Of a stretch of DNA of 37,400 bases, positions 21,663 through 35,400 are shown piece after piece (the first letter of the stretch is position 1; every line of letters begins with the position of its first letter). Under the pieces are notes generated by a model that did no database searches, was not told the origin of the DNA, and was given only the letters and a program-made list of their open reading frames with translations. The DNA comes from Sphaeroforma arctica JP610 (Eukaryota). The stretch covers positions 5,624-43,023 of the forward strand of contig NW_014040056.1 in NCBI RefSeq assembly GCF_001186125.1, written 5' to 3'. The translations under genes were made by a program, and so were the position numbers.

Positions 21663-23397
21663 GAATGACCTAGCCAACCAACTTAGTACTAGGTTAGATA
21701 GTTCAGTCGTTCACCTAATTTACTACCCTTTGTGGCGATGATGTGCATCTGAGAACTTTCTCTGGAGGAATAAATATGGGGTGTCGCCTTGCAAATATGT
21801 GGGATAGCGCAATATAAAATGGTATGTAATATGTTCGAAATGTTGATTCATGCAGACCAAATGCACTTCCAGCAGCTGCACTTACACAATACGTCTCACA
21901 AACTTCTTCACACAAGATGCAAGTATTGGAATGCCGTCCTTAGTCGTTGTGTCATCGCCAATATTATCACCATCTCCTGTACCCTGTGCACAGGAACCCA
22001 TAGTGGCTGCCACACGGGTGCGTATACTATAGTTTCGACATGCTCAGTTTGTCAGCCGATCATTGATATACTCTAATACGAGTCGAAATATTGTAATACT
22101 AGGTTCACCTGTACGTTTAAGGCAGAAAGCCAGGTTGANNNNNNNNNNNNNNNNNNNNNNNNNNNNNNNNNNNNNNNNNNNNNNNAGGTTCTTTGAGAAC
22201 CTGACGAACTCTTTTCGTTGAATACAATCACTTGCTTTTGGGGTATTTGTTTGTATCATCAATGGCTTGTTGTGTACGAATTTCAACTTTCTTACCTATT
22301 TCAGTACGTATACTATCTCAATATTGCCCAGTAGCATTTGGTGTAATAATACAGAAACGTGTGTAAGCGTAAGGAACTTAGGACCAGTGCTGCTACCTCT
22401 TATGTATTTTCCTGAGAGGGGGAAGTTATATTGAGCAGTGAGATACAGTACCGCCAAACTCTCTACGCTCAACTGAATATGAAGCCATAACCGGCGTAGC
22501 ACGACAAAGTGCATTTCTGAACAAAATCTAAAACACGGTGTCCAAATCGTTGGGTTGATTCGTCAAAGACGTACTATGTTGGTTTGTTCAATCATTCACC
22601 CAATGTACTACAAAACCGGAAAGTTCGCAGTTTAAATTTTGACCTAGGTAAATTAGGTTATGGCAACCAATCAGTTGGTACTATGCTAGTACTATTGTCC
22701 AGCAATCCGTCTAGGAGTGGTGATCCCAGGGTGGAACGTTCAGAGAAATTCATCCAGGAGTGGATCGTGCGGACAAAGATCAAAACATTCGCGACACTTT
22801 CCAGCATTGTAGTAAAATAGGTAAATAATTGAACGAATGAACTCAGTACTATGTTCGACGGTTTAGTCATTCACCTAGTATAGTACAGTAATAGGTTGGT
22901 TAGTTCAGTCATTTACCTAATTTACTACAGTATTAGGTTGGCTGGTTCATTCATTCACCTTATATAAAACGAAACCGGAAAGATCGCGAGTTTGAATCTT
23001 GTCGTGGTTAGATTTTGAGTTAAGAGTCAATCAACTGGTACTATGTCAGCACTATTGCCCAACGCAGAATTTTCAGAAAAGATCCGCATAGAATTGGTGA
23101 TCCCGCCATCACATATATAAACATATGAGTAAATATATGTAGTACCACGTACTTGTCGTAAATGCAGTAAATAGCATCGTAATTTCATTATCCATCGAAG
23201 TGCAGACTTCCTGTGACTGCTATCTCTTGCTATTGCAATATATAATATATTATACTGCTATTTATGATATTTATTTATTCTACGGAATCAGGTTCAGAAA
23301 AATATCGAAATACTTGCGACACTTACAGTTTTATGGGAAACTAAGTATATGTCTAAACAAACAAACTTATTACTAGGTTGGTTGGTTCAGTCATTCA
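21663..23397. repeat. Dispersed/tandem ~42-bp repeat family (AGTACTAGGTTGGTTGGTTCAGTCATTCACCTAATTTACTAC)
   Basis: Copies at ~21684, 22571, 22845, 22888, 22929 and 23370, plus an inverted copy at 21663-21689. A ~130-bp diverged duplication (22571-22700 vs 22930-23060) follows two of the copies. Confidence 0.8.
22139..22185. other. Assembly gap
   Basis: Run of N. Confidence 1.
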
Positions 23398-26300
23398 AAA
23401 AGTATACCACAACCTACGTCTCGCCTGATCATGAACGCATACGCACCTATGCCTTTGCAGGTTATTTATCTTCCCTATCGCCGAGTGTACATATGCAGGC
23501 CTGGAACGCCTTTGCAAGTACGGGGGTTCAGTATTGTATCTGATGTGTGCTCGTTGATAGTCTTCTTGACCACTGAAATTCTCAAGGTGGGTGCTATAGT
23601 TTTATTGCACGCCAGCCGCCGCACGGCGCCAATACCTCTATTAATACGCGGCGACCCTTCGGGCGTGTGGGTGGCCATAGACAAAACTCCACTGATGCCG
23701 ATGACTCAGTTGACGCTACTTGGCGTGCCAAAAGGCGTGGTAAGCCAATCATATTGGCAATATCTACGCCGAAACATTTTGTATTTTTTGTCGTCATATT
23801 TGTGTTGATTATCCTTGCCCTTTTTCTATCTATACTAAATATGACCTAAATTCCCGTGTGCACACAACCCCAAGTATACATATTAGTGTCTCCTCTGTTT
23901 TAGTAGCTATACATAGAATATGGGTGTTGGAGGTCTAATTCCGGTATAGATGTTTTATATTTACGTGTGGTGAGCTTGCGGACATAGAAGAATCTGTCAA
24001 ACTGACAATGTCAATGTTGATTCACAAGTTCTGGAATGTTCATGAAACAGAAATTGTCTGTAATATAAAGTCAACCGAGATTGTTATGAAAGGTTTAAAA
24101 TAGATATATGGCGGAAGATTAATGTAGTGAATAATTGGATAAAGAGGATAACAGTATTACCAGTATTCGATGGAAAGAGAGTGGTTGGTAAGTGAGCTAA
24201 TGCATCGCGATCTAAGAAACGCATGCATGCAGTAGAAGGGGTCGACTGTGACGGTGAAAGTATATATAAGGCGTGTAAGTCGACAGTTGGTGCTTTGCGA
24301 GAATGATAATGAGTATGCTTGCGGAGAATGAAATAGACTTTATACTCGCTCCGCAGGAAGTGGAACAACTGATCACTTACCGGTAGCGCACAGAAATAGC
24401 TGACTATTGTATATGCTATGTTTTAGACCGTGAGAAAAATTTCATAGATATTTACCTTTATAGAAATAGAAGACTAGAGAGACTATTCAAATATGATGAT
24501 GTTAGTGTAAGATTTGGTTCATTTTGAGAGAAACCTAGTGAATGTGAAGTGTGGCCATCGATATCGCAAGAGTTTTTATATTACGTAAGGATATATGGAC
24601 TTGACGACATGCTATATCTGTGTGCCTGTCTGTTTAAAACAGACTATAGGCAGCGTACTGGTGTATGGCCTACGGGCCAATTGAAATACATAAGGGTGGG
24701 GCTTGTCACAGTTGATTCAATTTTACAATATCGGCATTCTTCTGATCTAAGCAAATTGGTTTAGACCGCATATGTTTTACTGTCAGCCAGTATATGATCC
24801 ATTCGACAAAAGATTCTCAAAGGGAAGACATCAAGCAGAAAAGATATAAGACACATATGAATGCATACGGTCCAGGTGTGTATACTCCGTGGTTACATCT
24901 TATTACTACTACTATATTAAATATAGAGTACTGTATTATGTGGGCGGCTGGTGGGCATGAAGTGAATTCCCGAAGTGCGTTAAATGAACTACAAACTTGT
25001 TACTGACACAACTGTAGGATAGCCAACTTTACACGTAATATGCCTCTCGTAGACCTCACTTGTATGAATCGTGTGCACTTACGTGCGTATTCTACAAGTC
25101 ATGGTCGGTCTATATCTCAGCGTGCAACTAATGTAAAGTGGATGCGCGAGTATATTACTGCTTGTATAAACTCTCGCATAACTACAACCACACGCAAAGT
25201 TATAAGCGAGAACCCAGACGCACTATTGTCTAAACATAAATAGATGCAAGAGGTTTAGGTTAAAGAGATGTCTAAACTAGAATTAGTCCCTTACACAAAT
25301 ACGAATCTAGTTAAGATCGATGTAAGCCAAGATATAGTGAGACTATTTCGACAGAGAAGATGGATACTCCTCCACGGGACAAAACGAACAGCAAAAACGG
25401 CCTACAGTGGAGCTGAAAATGGGACTATCAGAATCAGAAGGTAATGATCTGGTGATGTATGTCCAAGCCAAGGTAGGGCGATCGATGAATAACACGCCGC
25501 AAGAAATATTTTTACGTTTGATGTGTACACCTGTGCGTAAAGGTAATCAAATGCGATATAGAATAGATGTAATGAAGTGCATGCAGAGCTTTGTTTTTCG
25601 CAACTCGGATGCATTCATATTCGTACAGCATTAGAAATAATGATAGAACTTAGTAGCAGTGAACCACTGTTGGTGAGAATACTTGGAGCGACAGAGATGT
25701 TGTCGCGAGAATTGTGTCAAACATCCCTGCTGTTAATGTGATTGAGCCTCCTATAAGCAAATCATCTGATTTCACCACTATGTAAAATAGCGAATAATAG
25801 TAGAAGCACATGCTAACGCATATTTCCTGGAATGCGTTTGAACGTAAAGGCATGGACAGAATATTCTATTTCTGAAAATTGGAAATTACAAACGTACGCA
25901 GAGTATGGAGTTCTACTGTGGACAATTAAGTGGTTGTTTTATAAATTGTCTGTTTTCCACTAAAATTGGGATTTCTACAAAACAGGGTTTCAAGTGAATT
26001 TGATACTTGGCGATGGCACTTCATATATTCCTAAATCTTCTCAGCGCAAGGTATTCCATTGAGACATGGGATATGATTTTTGACTTCTCCTAGCTAGCCA
26101 ACTAGATGTGCCCGTCTATTCCTTAAATGGGATGGAGAGTTAGATACCAATGGATGGGGTATAAGTACAAATGTGCCACTGCACCAGCTCGGTGTTTTGA
26201 TTTACTTTATTTTTTCTCAAATTGGAGTTAGCGATATTTTATTAGTGATTGTGACTGAAGGATTGTTTTGAGACATGAAATTAGATTTTATGCATCCCAT

Positions 26301-26490
26301 GGAATAGATTCTGATCTCAGATAAGAAAACTAAATAAACCTAGACCGACGTAGTGAAAGATTAAAGCGGAGCCATACAGGCAACAGTCTCAGTCTATCCA
26401 CTAATCTTTTAGATCACTTACGAGGGCTGAAGTTGAACTTATTTTCACTTTTTGTAATTTGATTCTTTAACATAAGTTTATAAACGTAAA

Positions 26491-27132
26491 CAATTTGATA
26501 TATTATAGTCAGCCTGGATAGACCGATTTTACATAATGTTAAGTTTATAATACGCTATCGATATTATAACGATTTCCAAAGGAAAGAAAGCCATTAAGGC
26601 TACAACTACTAAAGGATTTACGATGAGAAGCACTGTGCCAGCTGACGCCCCGGCAGCAGCCGAAAGTTGTAGCGACGACGAAAGTCACACAGCAACAATC
26701 AGTCAGGGTCCCACCTAGAAGAAAGCACACTCGTGTACCAGATACAGGCGTAGGTGCGTCTGAATCTACCAGGACTTCGAAAACGAGAAAGGTTAAGAAC
26801 GTAAAAAGGAAGCAATTTGATACATAATAGTCAGCCTGGATAGACCGACTTTACATAGTGTTAAGATTTATAATACGTTATCGATATTATGACGATTTCC
26901 AAAGGAAAGAAAGCCGTTAAGGCTAAAACTACTAAACGATTTACGGTGAGAAGCACTGCGCCAGCTGACGCCCCGGCAGCAGCCAAAAGTGTAGCGACGA
27001 CGAAAGTTACACCGCAACAATCTGTCAGGGTCCCACCTAGAAGAAAGCACACTCGTGTACCAGATTCAGGCGTAGGTGCGTCTGAATCTACAAGGACTTC
27101 GAAAAAGAGAAAGGTTAAGAACGTAAAAGAGA
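26491..27132 (+). repeat. Tandem duplication of ~321 bp (two diverged copies) covering the 5' end of a Lys-rich ORF
   Basis: Copy 1 is 26491-26811 and copy 2 is 26812-27132; both begin CAATTTGATA..ATAGTCAGCCTGGATAGACCGA. Copy 1 has ATA instead of ATG and an internal TGA. Confidence 0.92.
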
Positions 27133-28220
27133 AGCATGACTATTTATCTGCTGAAAGCTCTGAAAGTTATGGCACTAGGGCTAACAGAAAATATGCACTG
27201 GAAGATTCAGTGGAATCAGAGTGATGACAAAACAGTTGACACTAACTATGGAATCGTACGCAATGAAATGACAGTCAAGAACGTTCCGTTATCACACGCT
27301 CTACGAAGTGTTTAAGGATTTAGCAGTGCATATTCGGGAGTCAGAGGAGTATGATACAGATGGCGAAACAAGCCAGTGGAGGAGGAGAGATATAAGGATC
27401 CGAGACGGTCAAGGGAGGAGCTCGAATGGGCATTCACGGTGGAACAGGCCGAGTTGAATGAAGAGAGAGCAGCTGATGGTAAACAACCTGCAGAGAAGAA
27501 TGACCATTTTGATGATGGATCAGGATTGGATGAGTGGGGAGGACTAGATCAATAATTTCATTCGTCGTTTGTAGCACAGCCAAAGGCATCGGCGAGGCCA
27601 GCTTAGAGATTAGACTTTGAAATGAGACATTCTTACCAATAACGGATTCGTGCCGAAGAAGAACCCCAACGTGAATGGATTAAACAGAAGGCAGCAATAG
27701 CTTGTACTTTTCGCTCGGGTGTACGGGAATTATATTTTCCGGATGTATATAGAACAATGCCGAAAAGATCAACATCGCCGCGATACATTATGAACGTAGC
27801 GGTATAGTATTTCGGATATGAACTGTTTAGAAGGCAGCAATAGCTTGTACTTTTCGCTCGGGTGTACGGGAATTATATTTTCCGGATGTATATAGAACAA
27901 TGCCGAAAAGATCAACATCGCCGCGATACATTATGAACGTAGCGGTATAGTATTTCGGATATGAACTGTTTAAGAATAGTAAATAATATGAGACGTTGAA
28001 ACAAGATGCCGAGCAAGATAAGCGAGACCTAACTGGAGAGTTTGGAACGAAGCGAGAAGGGAGTTTGCGCATCTGTCTTAATGTGCAATTAGGAACGCAC
28101 TTACAGACTTCCCGACATTGATTTCGACGCCGTGGACACTACATGAATGACGTCAAGAATTATCGACTAATCTTCTTCAGACTGGCGATCTGGTTGGCTG
28201 AACGGAGGACAAACTAGGTA
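26889..28220 (+). pseudogene. Decayed gene of unknown family: basic K/T/A-rich N-terminus followed by acidic segments
   Basis: ORF MTISKGKKAVKAKTTK...SKKRKVK...DSVESE continues through stops and frameshifts into coding-like stretches (EEERYKDPRRSREELEWAF..., EEEPQREWIKQKAAIACTFRSGVRELYFP...). No family recognised. Confidence 0.5.
27686..27971 (+). repeat. Apparently exact 143-bp tandem duplication
   Basis: 27686-27828 and 27829-27971 both read AGAAGGCAGCAATAGC...GGATATGAACTGTTT. Confidence 0.95.
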
Positions 28221-28871
28221 ACGGTAATAATCCAAAGAAACCTATGTTCGGTTGAGCCATCTCTGTCGCTACCGAAGTATTCAGATATAAATAGATTTGG
28301 ACAATTAAATAGTCCTATCAGTAGGTCTACTCCAAATGTTATCTTCGACATATTAAACGGGCTTTTTAATGGACCATATCCAAATATCTTGTTTGTAAAA
28401 TGGAAAAGGTATCTCTTTATTAATAAAACCGATAAAAACCATTTAAGGAAAACTTAAATTAAGTACTTTTTAAAAGAGTACGTTTTTATACAAGATTCTA
28501 ACGTAGAGGCCCGGCTATTATAGGGGATAATACATGAAGAAGTGTTAGCTTACGAAATGCTATATGAATGAGATAAATATTCGATGCTTAGGACATCATC
28601 ATGCGAGCGTCGAGTTCACCGGATCAAGGGGATACCTTTGTAGGAACTTTGTCTGCTGACGTAGGCCCAGCAATTTATCTCAAAGTATAGGAAGCGACAC
28701 TTCACTGTCCGGTAGTTTTGTCTCGTTAGCATCCAGATAATTTCGTAAACGTTGTCGAATGTAATCTGGCTCGGACAAGTCTTGGGCCATACGAAAATTG
28801 ATCGGTTCCAGTAGTTCATTTTTAACGTTGCGATTAATCTCCAGGATTGGTGATACTAATCTGGATAAGTC

Positions 28872-29505
28872 NNNNNNNNNNNNNNNNNNNNNNNNNNNNN
28901 NNNNNNNNNNNNNNNNNNNNNNNNNNNNNNNNNNNNNNNNNNNNNNNNNNNNNNNNNNNNNNNNNNNNNNNNNNNNNNNNNNNNNNNNNNNNNNNNNNNN
29001 NNNNNNNNNNNNNNNNNNNNNNNNNNNNNNNNNNNNNNNNNNNNNNNNNNNNNNNNNNNNNNNNNNNNNNNNNNNNNNNNNNNNNNNNNNNNNNNNNNNN
29101 NNNNNNNNNNNNNNNNNNNNNNNNNNNNNNNNNNNNNNNNNNNNNNNNNNNNNNNNNNNNNNNNNNNNNNNNNNNNNNNNNNNNNNNNNNNNNNNNNNNN
29201 NNNNNNNNNNNNNNNNNNNNNNNNNNNNNNNNNNNNNNNNNNNNNNNNNNNNNNNNNNNNNNNNNNNNNNNNNNNNNNNNNNNNNNNNNNNNNNNNNNNN
29301 NNNNNNNNNNNNNNNNNNNNNNNNNNNNNNNNNNNNNNNNNNNNNNNNNNNNNNNNNNNNNNNNNNNNNNNNNNNNNNNNNNNNNNNNNNNNNNNNNNNN
29401 NNNNNNNNNNNNNNNNNNNNNNNNNNNNNNNNNNNNNNNNNNNNNNNNNNNNNNNNNNNNNNNNNNNNNNNNNNNNNNNNNNNNNNNNNNNNNNNNNNNN
29501 NNNNN
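28872..29505. other. Assembly gap
   Basis: Run of N. Confidence 1.
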
Positions 29506-31800
29506 TAGCGAATAATTTATCGTTTACTGCAAATATTTTTGTTGCCGTACGACTAAATGACATGCACATGTTCATGTCAGACACCGCAGCACTTCACTCC
29601 GAATTTGTTCCTGCTTTCCAACCTTCTGGTATTTGCTCATCTTCCATCAACTCGACGTCATTCTGCACATACGACTCGTCGACCAAGTCATGGATATGCA
29701 TCACTTTAGTATCCCCCATTTCGGCTGGTGGTTGATCAGGTACCTGATAACCGTATACTAAATTAAACGCGAGGGTAGAAATTGTTGCCTGACGCTTGCG
29801 ACGCACTCGTCGATGTGCTTGTACCCGACATACGTTATGTAGTCGCCCCACCAGATTGTGTATGGGGACCCATGTTGGATGGTACAGGTGCTCGCTGATG
29901 GTTATGACAGCGGTTTGCATGTCTTGGTCCTGGAAGAAGTTTTGCTCACACGATCGACAACGAACCCGACGATTCGATGTTGGTGGCGAGTGTGGGCTAT
30001 CTCGCGTGTTCACATCCGTGATATTCTTCTGCTTTGTCAATGTTCACCCCGAATACGTCACGCATCTGTTCAGACGAGTAGTCTCGCCAATTTGGATGCA
30101 ACGAAGAGTATCGCGATAGTATATGCACCCCGCAGCTTGGCGTACCATGTTAGCACACCATGATTGCGGTAAACCTGCAACGGATTCTCATACTGTCGCA
30201 TCTCCATAAATTCAACTTTGCGTTCAAATCACGAATCCGTGTCTCAAGTGGAACTAAAGGCTTCAACTTCATACATGCCAACACATTTCTGTTTGAATTA
30301 TCCTCCAAGTCCTGTTAGTGTATGCGGACGATAAAAACAATGGTTTCCTGAAACGATATCGATTGCAATTTTTGCTCGTTCTCCACGAAAAAAATTTAAT
30401 AGCGCCTAAGATACCCCTTCTTTATGTTGAGCCCTATGTAGGCCCATCTGCATACGAATCGGATCTAACTTGTGAAATGTTGCATTCTTATGCCAGTCTA
30501 AAATAAACGCATGCAGCTGAATCTTCAGCGGGTTGTCTAAATAATAGCTGCCTTGCGGATTAGGTGGTCATTCTTTGGCGTCCGTTTGTCGAGCATCACT
30601 GAGCATGTCTTCAAAGTCTCGTTAGACATATGAATTAGACCCTGCAACGCACGCGCATCGTTTATCCCTCAGCCTCTGTTTGCATCATACGTTGGGTCAG
30701 ATGAAAGACCTGCATCTTCCTCTCTGCCGCTGTAGACTCAGTGATACACGACTCTGTGGGTGCTGATAGCTTACATCGTTTCACATCCTATGGGTCCTCT
30801 GAGTAACAATCGTGCTGAACAGGGAGGCGTTTACGATATGCAATCGTATCGATAGGTATATTTGCAGTATTCTGACAATTTTTCTTTCATCTCTTCTGGT
30901 GAGTGTAGACGACGATGGCGTTGCAGTTGTCACGAAATAAATTCGCTGCTACTTGGCCTTGATTGAGCTGTTGCCGTGGAGATTTCATACCTCTCTGGAA
31001 CGCATCGACGGAACGCTTTGCCGACAAGGACGAATTCTAGGGAATGTCCAATACAAAGTGCAAATCCGCTGGTTCCAATTAAACTCTACCAGGAGATATC
31101 AAAGTCGTCGATTCCTAAGTACGACTCGAATCACCAAAGTCAGTCGCCAACTCATCAGGTGTCGGAATTTCTTGTGCTCAATTTTGAGCGTGTTTCAACA
31201 TACGCTCTTTACGAGTAACGTGTACATTATCGTAAGGTGCCACTTGAGGTATCGTCTTCGTGCGGCCAATTTTGCGTTTCACTGAGCTAATTTGCTTCAT
31301 ATCGTCCTGCACGCTGTTAGGTAACTGGTCAGTTGGTCTTGTCCTTACCTGCGTTGGGTGTTAAGGAGCTCATTGCGGTTGCGATGTTGACGCTACCTGT
31401 TGCTCAAGATAATCATCACCCAATGCCGTCTGGACCGTGTCATTGGAGGTAGATGGGTTAAAATTTGCCATTGAAAATTCAAGAAGTCGGCTGAGTTGTC
31501 CACGAATGAGATAAATAATTTCCGTGGCCTCTTGCACAGGCGTCAGCGTCCTCAAGTGTCCATCCCGATCAAAAATCTCTCCGGAAACTGTTTGACATAT
31601 TCCAACGTAAAAAGCGAGTGTTGGGCCTCCCAACACAAACGGGCCAGTGTCACGTCGATTTCTGCCTTCTCTTCATTCTTAAGTATCTGATCTATAGAAA
31701 ATGCTGTCTCCGCCTTAGCACACAATAAAGGCAATCGACGATGAACTCCAAGCGGCCGTTTTGATAGCCGTTCACAAGCTTGCGTGCCTACTTCAGGTAC
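29506..31800 (-). pseudogene. Intronless decayed coding-like region of unknown family (possibly TE- or virus-derived)
   Basis: Successive minus-strand frames read as protein-like sequence joined by frameshifts and stops (LCAKAETAFSIDQILKNEEKAE..., QEATEIIYLIRGQLSRLLEF..., LHAFILDWHKNATFHKLDP..., RVRCRSCEQNFF...). GC content is higher than in the flanks. No motif recognised. Confidence 0.4.
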
Positions 31801-32464
31801 CGGTGTATACTAGGTCACTTCAATGTTGTAAGCAATTTTATTTTAACTAAATTAATTGACTCTTAGTTAATTTATTTTATAAAGAACGTAGTGTAATAAA
31901 AACAGTAGTTCGGTCACCTAAAAATGTAGTCAAAATCGAGTAACGCTTTATAAAAAGTGCGAAGTCTGAATACGTGAACTCAGTCAGAAGTGTCGTTATG
32001 AACGACGCGACTGCTGTATTTATTAATAACGTCCCTAGGTGGGACGAGATTTTCTCTGACAACAGGTAATTGTGAAATTACCCGTACCTATGGTTTTGGT
32101 CTCCTAGTTACTTAATTATGATAGCACCCGATGAATCATCTTTCTCACTAATTAAACACTTTATTCCACTATATGGTCCTGTCCTCTGGCTGTTAAACCG
32201 TATAGCACTATGAATAATTTTTAACCCTTCTATCAAGGGATATATAATCTTTTTACATTGTAAGTGCTCACACGAAAGCATATAGCACTATATTTCTATA
32301 TAAATTTGAGTGTCATAATTATAATGACACTGACATCTGTCAGTTCTTATGTGTATCATACTTAGTACCGAACTGCTATTGTATTTGAAATATTACAAAA
32401 CCCTAAAACCAGCAGTGTGCATGTATTTGAGGATACATTCTGCTGTTCACTGTAGTGTAGTGTG

Positions 32465-35400
32465 CTTCTCCCCTGGATTGTTTCCGTGAACAGCATCGAA
32501 TGTATGAGGTCCAATGAAGAGCATGTAGGCGTTATGGCGGGAATGTGTGGGACGCACTGTGTTCTTGGTGAGGATGTCAGCGACGTTGTTCTGAATAATA
32601 CCTTGGGACTGGAGATTACTGTGAATATGATGAAGGCGGATGTCCGCATGCTTGAGGTGTTTGTTAGTACTAGTATCTGCAATGACATGAAATACGGACT
32701 GGTTATCACAATTGAGCGGTGTTGGCGCGGATTGGGGGAAGCCTATTTCGGATAATATCTTGCGGAGCCGTTGAATCTTTTTGCCAGCCTCAGACGCAGC
32801 GTAATATCCGGCTTCAGCGGTGCTAGTCGTGACGGCCTACTGACGATTGGCTTTCCAAACTACTGAAACAAGGCTGATACTTAACACGTAGGCACTCGTA
32901 GAACGACGAATATCAGGGCAAGCATTGTAATTGGCGTTGACAAAAGCATCAACGACGGGAGCACCGGGCTGAAACCGGTAGGCGAGGCCAATATCCGGCG
33001 TACCTTTAAGATGTCGTAGAATGCGTTGGGCAGCTGTCCAATGAGTGAGCGACGGATTGGTGATGTAGCGTGCGAGGTTGTTGAGCGGAAAGCTACAATC
33101 GATATGAGTGAGGACCGGCAGATATTGAAGGGTTTCAATGAGTTCACGGTAGCGTTAGTCGAAGCGGGAACCATCATGTAGGCTGACGGCGTCTTGAGTC
33201 GCAGGTGTAGGTGCAACATGAGCATCTTGGAGGCCAAATGGGGTGAGTGCATCGGATATGTAGTTGTCTTGAAGTCATTGGTGGTGAGGACGCTAACGCC
33301 CAGTAACCAGCGAGGCATGCCAAAATCCTTGCAGCCAAACTCGCTGGTGATTAGCTGTTTAAAAACGATCAACGTCGGAATATTGCATACCACAGATAAT
33401 GATGTCATCGACGTAGAGCAGAATAACGCAGGAGAAGCCCGGCTCGTCAATGATGAACATGCAAGGATCAGCAAAGCTTTGAGAGAAACCCATGGCTAGA
33501 AGTTTGGACTTAATAAGAGCGTGCCAAAGGCGGCCCTACTGTTTGAGGCTATATAGGCACCTTTTTTTTTTAAGCAAGAACAGATTGTCAGGTAGACCCA
33601 CTGAGCTAGAACCAGGAGGAGGCCGCATGTAGATAGGCTAATCACGATCAGCATATAAATATGCGGTGTCAACATCCATCTGAGCTTTGCGAGGCTGCAA
33701 CGGCGAGGACGGAACACAATATCTCGTGAAAACAGTAGGAGCCATAGTTAATGCACTGTGTTTGGGGGAACCCACAAGCACACAATCGCGCTTTGTATTT
33801 ATCAACGATTCCATCAATCATTTTTACCTCAGAGACCCATTTGCTGGAAATGAATTTATAATGGACTCCCGTGGGTTTGAGAAGATCATAAGTGCCCGAA
33901 CGTGCCAGACTGTCAAGTTCACAGATGATCGTTGCGCGCCAAAGGTGTCGGCATCTTCGCCGCGGAGTGCCTCGCGAATTGAGTGAAAGGTAAGCGGTAT
34001 ATATTGTACGGCCACGCAGGTAGTGTAAAATTTGTGAGCCGCATCGTCATATAGTTGTTGCTGTGTCACATGCTGGTGTGGCGGTGTGATATTGATTGGA
34101 ACGGGTATGTCATCCCGCGGTTGTGTGATAGACTGTAGGACGGTGTGCTCATGGGATCGAGCGAGTTTTATTGTTGTACGCCGTAGCTGCTTATCGGCTT
34201 TGTTTTGGATTGGCACGGCGAAGGTGTGCAAGCGCATTCGCGAATATAATGCAAAGTGTGGCTTCTTTCTGAGAATAAGGTGGTCACGGGGAAGTGGTCT
34301 ACGACCGAATTGTAGGACACCGGTGTTTTCTAAATCAGGAGACCAGGTCACGTGTGGGATCTCAGGGTGCGAAGGAACGAGCGCGATGTTGTGTTGAGCG
34401 TGTCCATTATGAGACGTCATTGGTGCGGTGCGTTGGCGTGTCTTACGTATACTATTGAGCAAGGGGGGGTGCGTTCAATACAATGTACCAGAATTAGTGC
34501 GTGACGGCAGGAGGAGATTGCGTAGAGTGCGTGATGTGGGGTGCTTGGCAATATGAGACTGAAGATCAGCATTGATTGAGGTTTCCAAAGGATCGGAGGC
34601 AGTAGTGGAAGAACCAGTAGGAAGAGATGCGGCAGGAACATCGTAGTCGAATTCACCATCGGAATCAGTCGGCTGTAGGAGTGTCATCGTCATCGAAGTC
34701 GACACGGGAGTCGAATTGACGTCAGCTGGGAGTGAGGCAGAAGGGGTGGGATAAAAGTTGGTTGCAGACGGGGGTGGACCAGGGGGATGAGTAGGCAGTA
34801 GCAGAACCAAATGCGGCCAGTTTAGGCACTTTGGATGCGACACTCGTCGTAGTATTTGGATTGAGGGTCGTGTCCGAGGTAGACGCCAAGAAGAGCGCGA
34901 TCATCAATATTTCACTGGGGATCCTGGTTGACGTAAGCGACCTGACAACCGTAAACGTGTATGAACTTCAAGCAAGCGTGAGGTGCTTTATCCCAAGAGA
35001 TCTTGTTGTCGGGGCTACGCTTATTATGTCGAATAGCCTTCAAAAGGCTGGCATGGTGGATGGCTTTGGCCCATATATTCCATAGTTATTTGCAGTGGTA
35101 GAGTAGGGTAACCATTATATCTTTGATACACGACACTGTGTAAAGCAGGAGAGTGAGTTGGGATATAACAGACTTGGAAATGGACAACAGTGTTGATGGC
35201 ATTAAACAATAGAGAGGTAGAAAACTCCCAACCGCAACAGCACTTCAAATCTTGGAGAATAGCCAGCATATACTTGCCGATATCGGTCTGAAAACGATGA
35301 TGGGTGCCGGCGACCACACCCTTGAGTTTCAGCGGGTTGACGAACGGCATACCGGAGTTGGCATCTACATATTTAATGCTGAACATACAGCCACCGATAG

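Noticed and set aside
21789..22076. Cys/His-rich ORF with HTG motif (hAT-like or EGF-like)
   Set aside because: A single short motif with no supporting context.
21663..23397. CRISPR-like repeat/spacer array
   Set aside because: The repeats are diverged, the spacing is irregular (0 to ~900 bp), the context is eukaryotic and no cas genes are present.
28798..29584. ORFs of 222-242 aa
   Set aside because: Artefacts of translating through the N gap.
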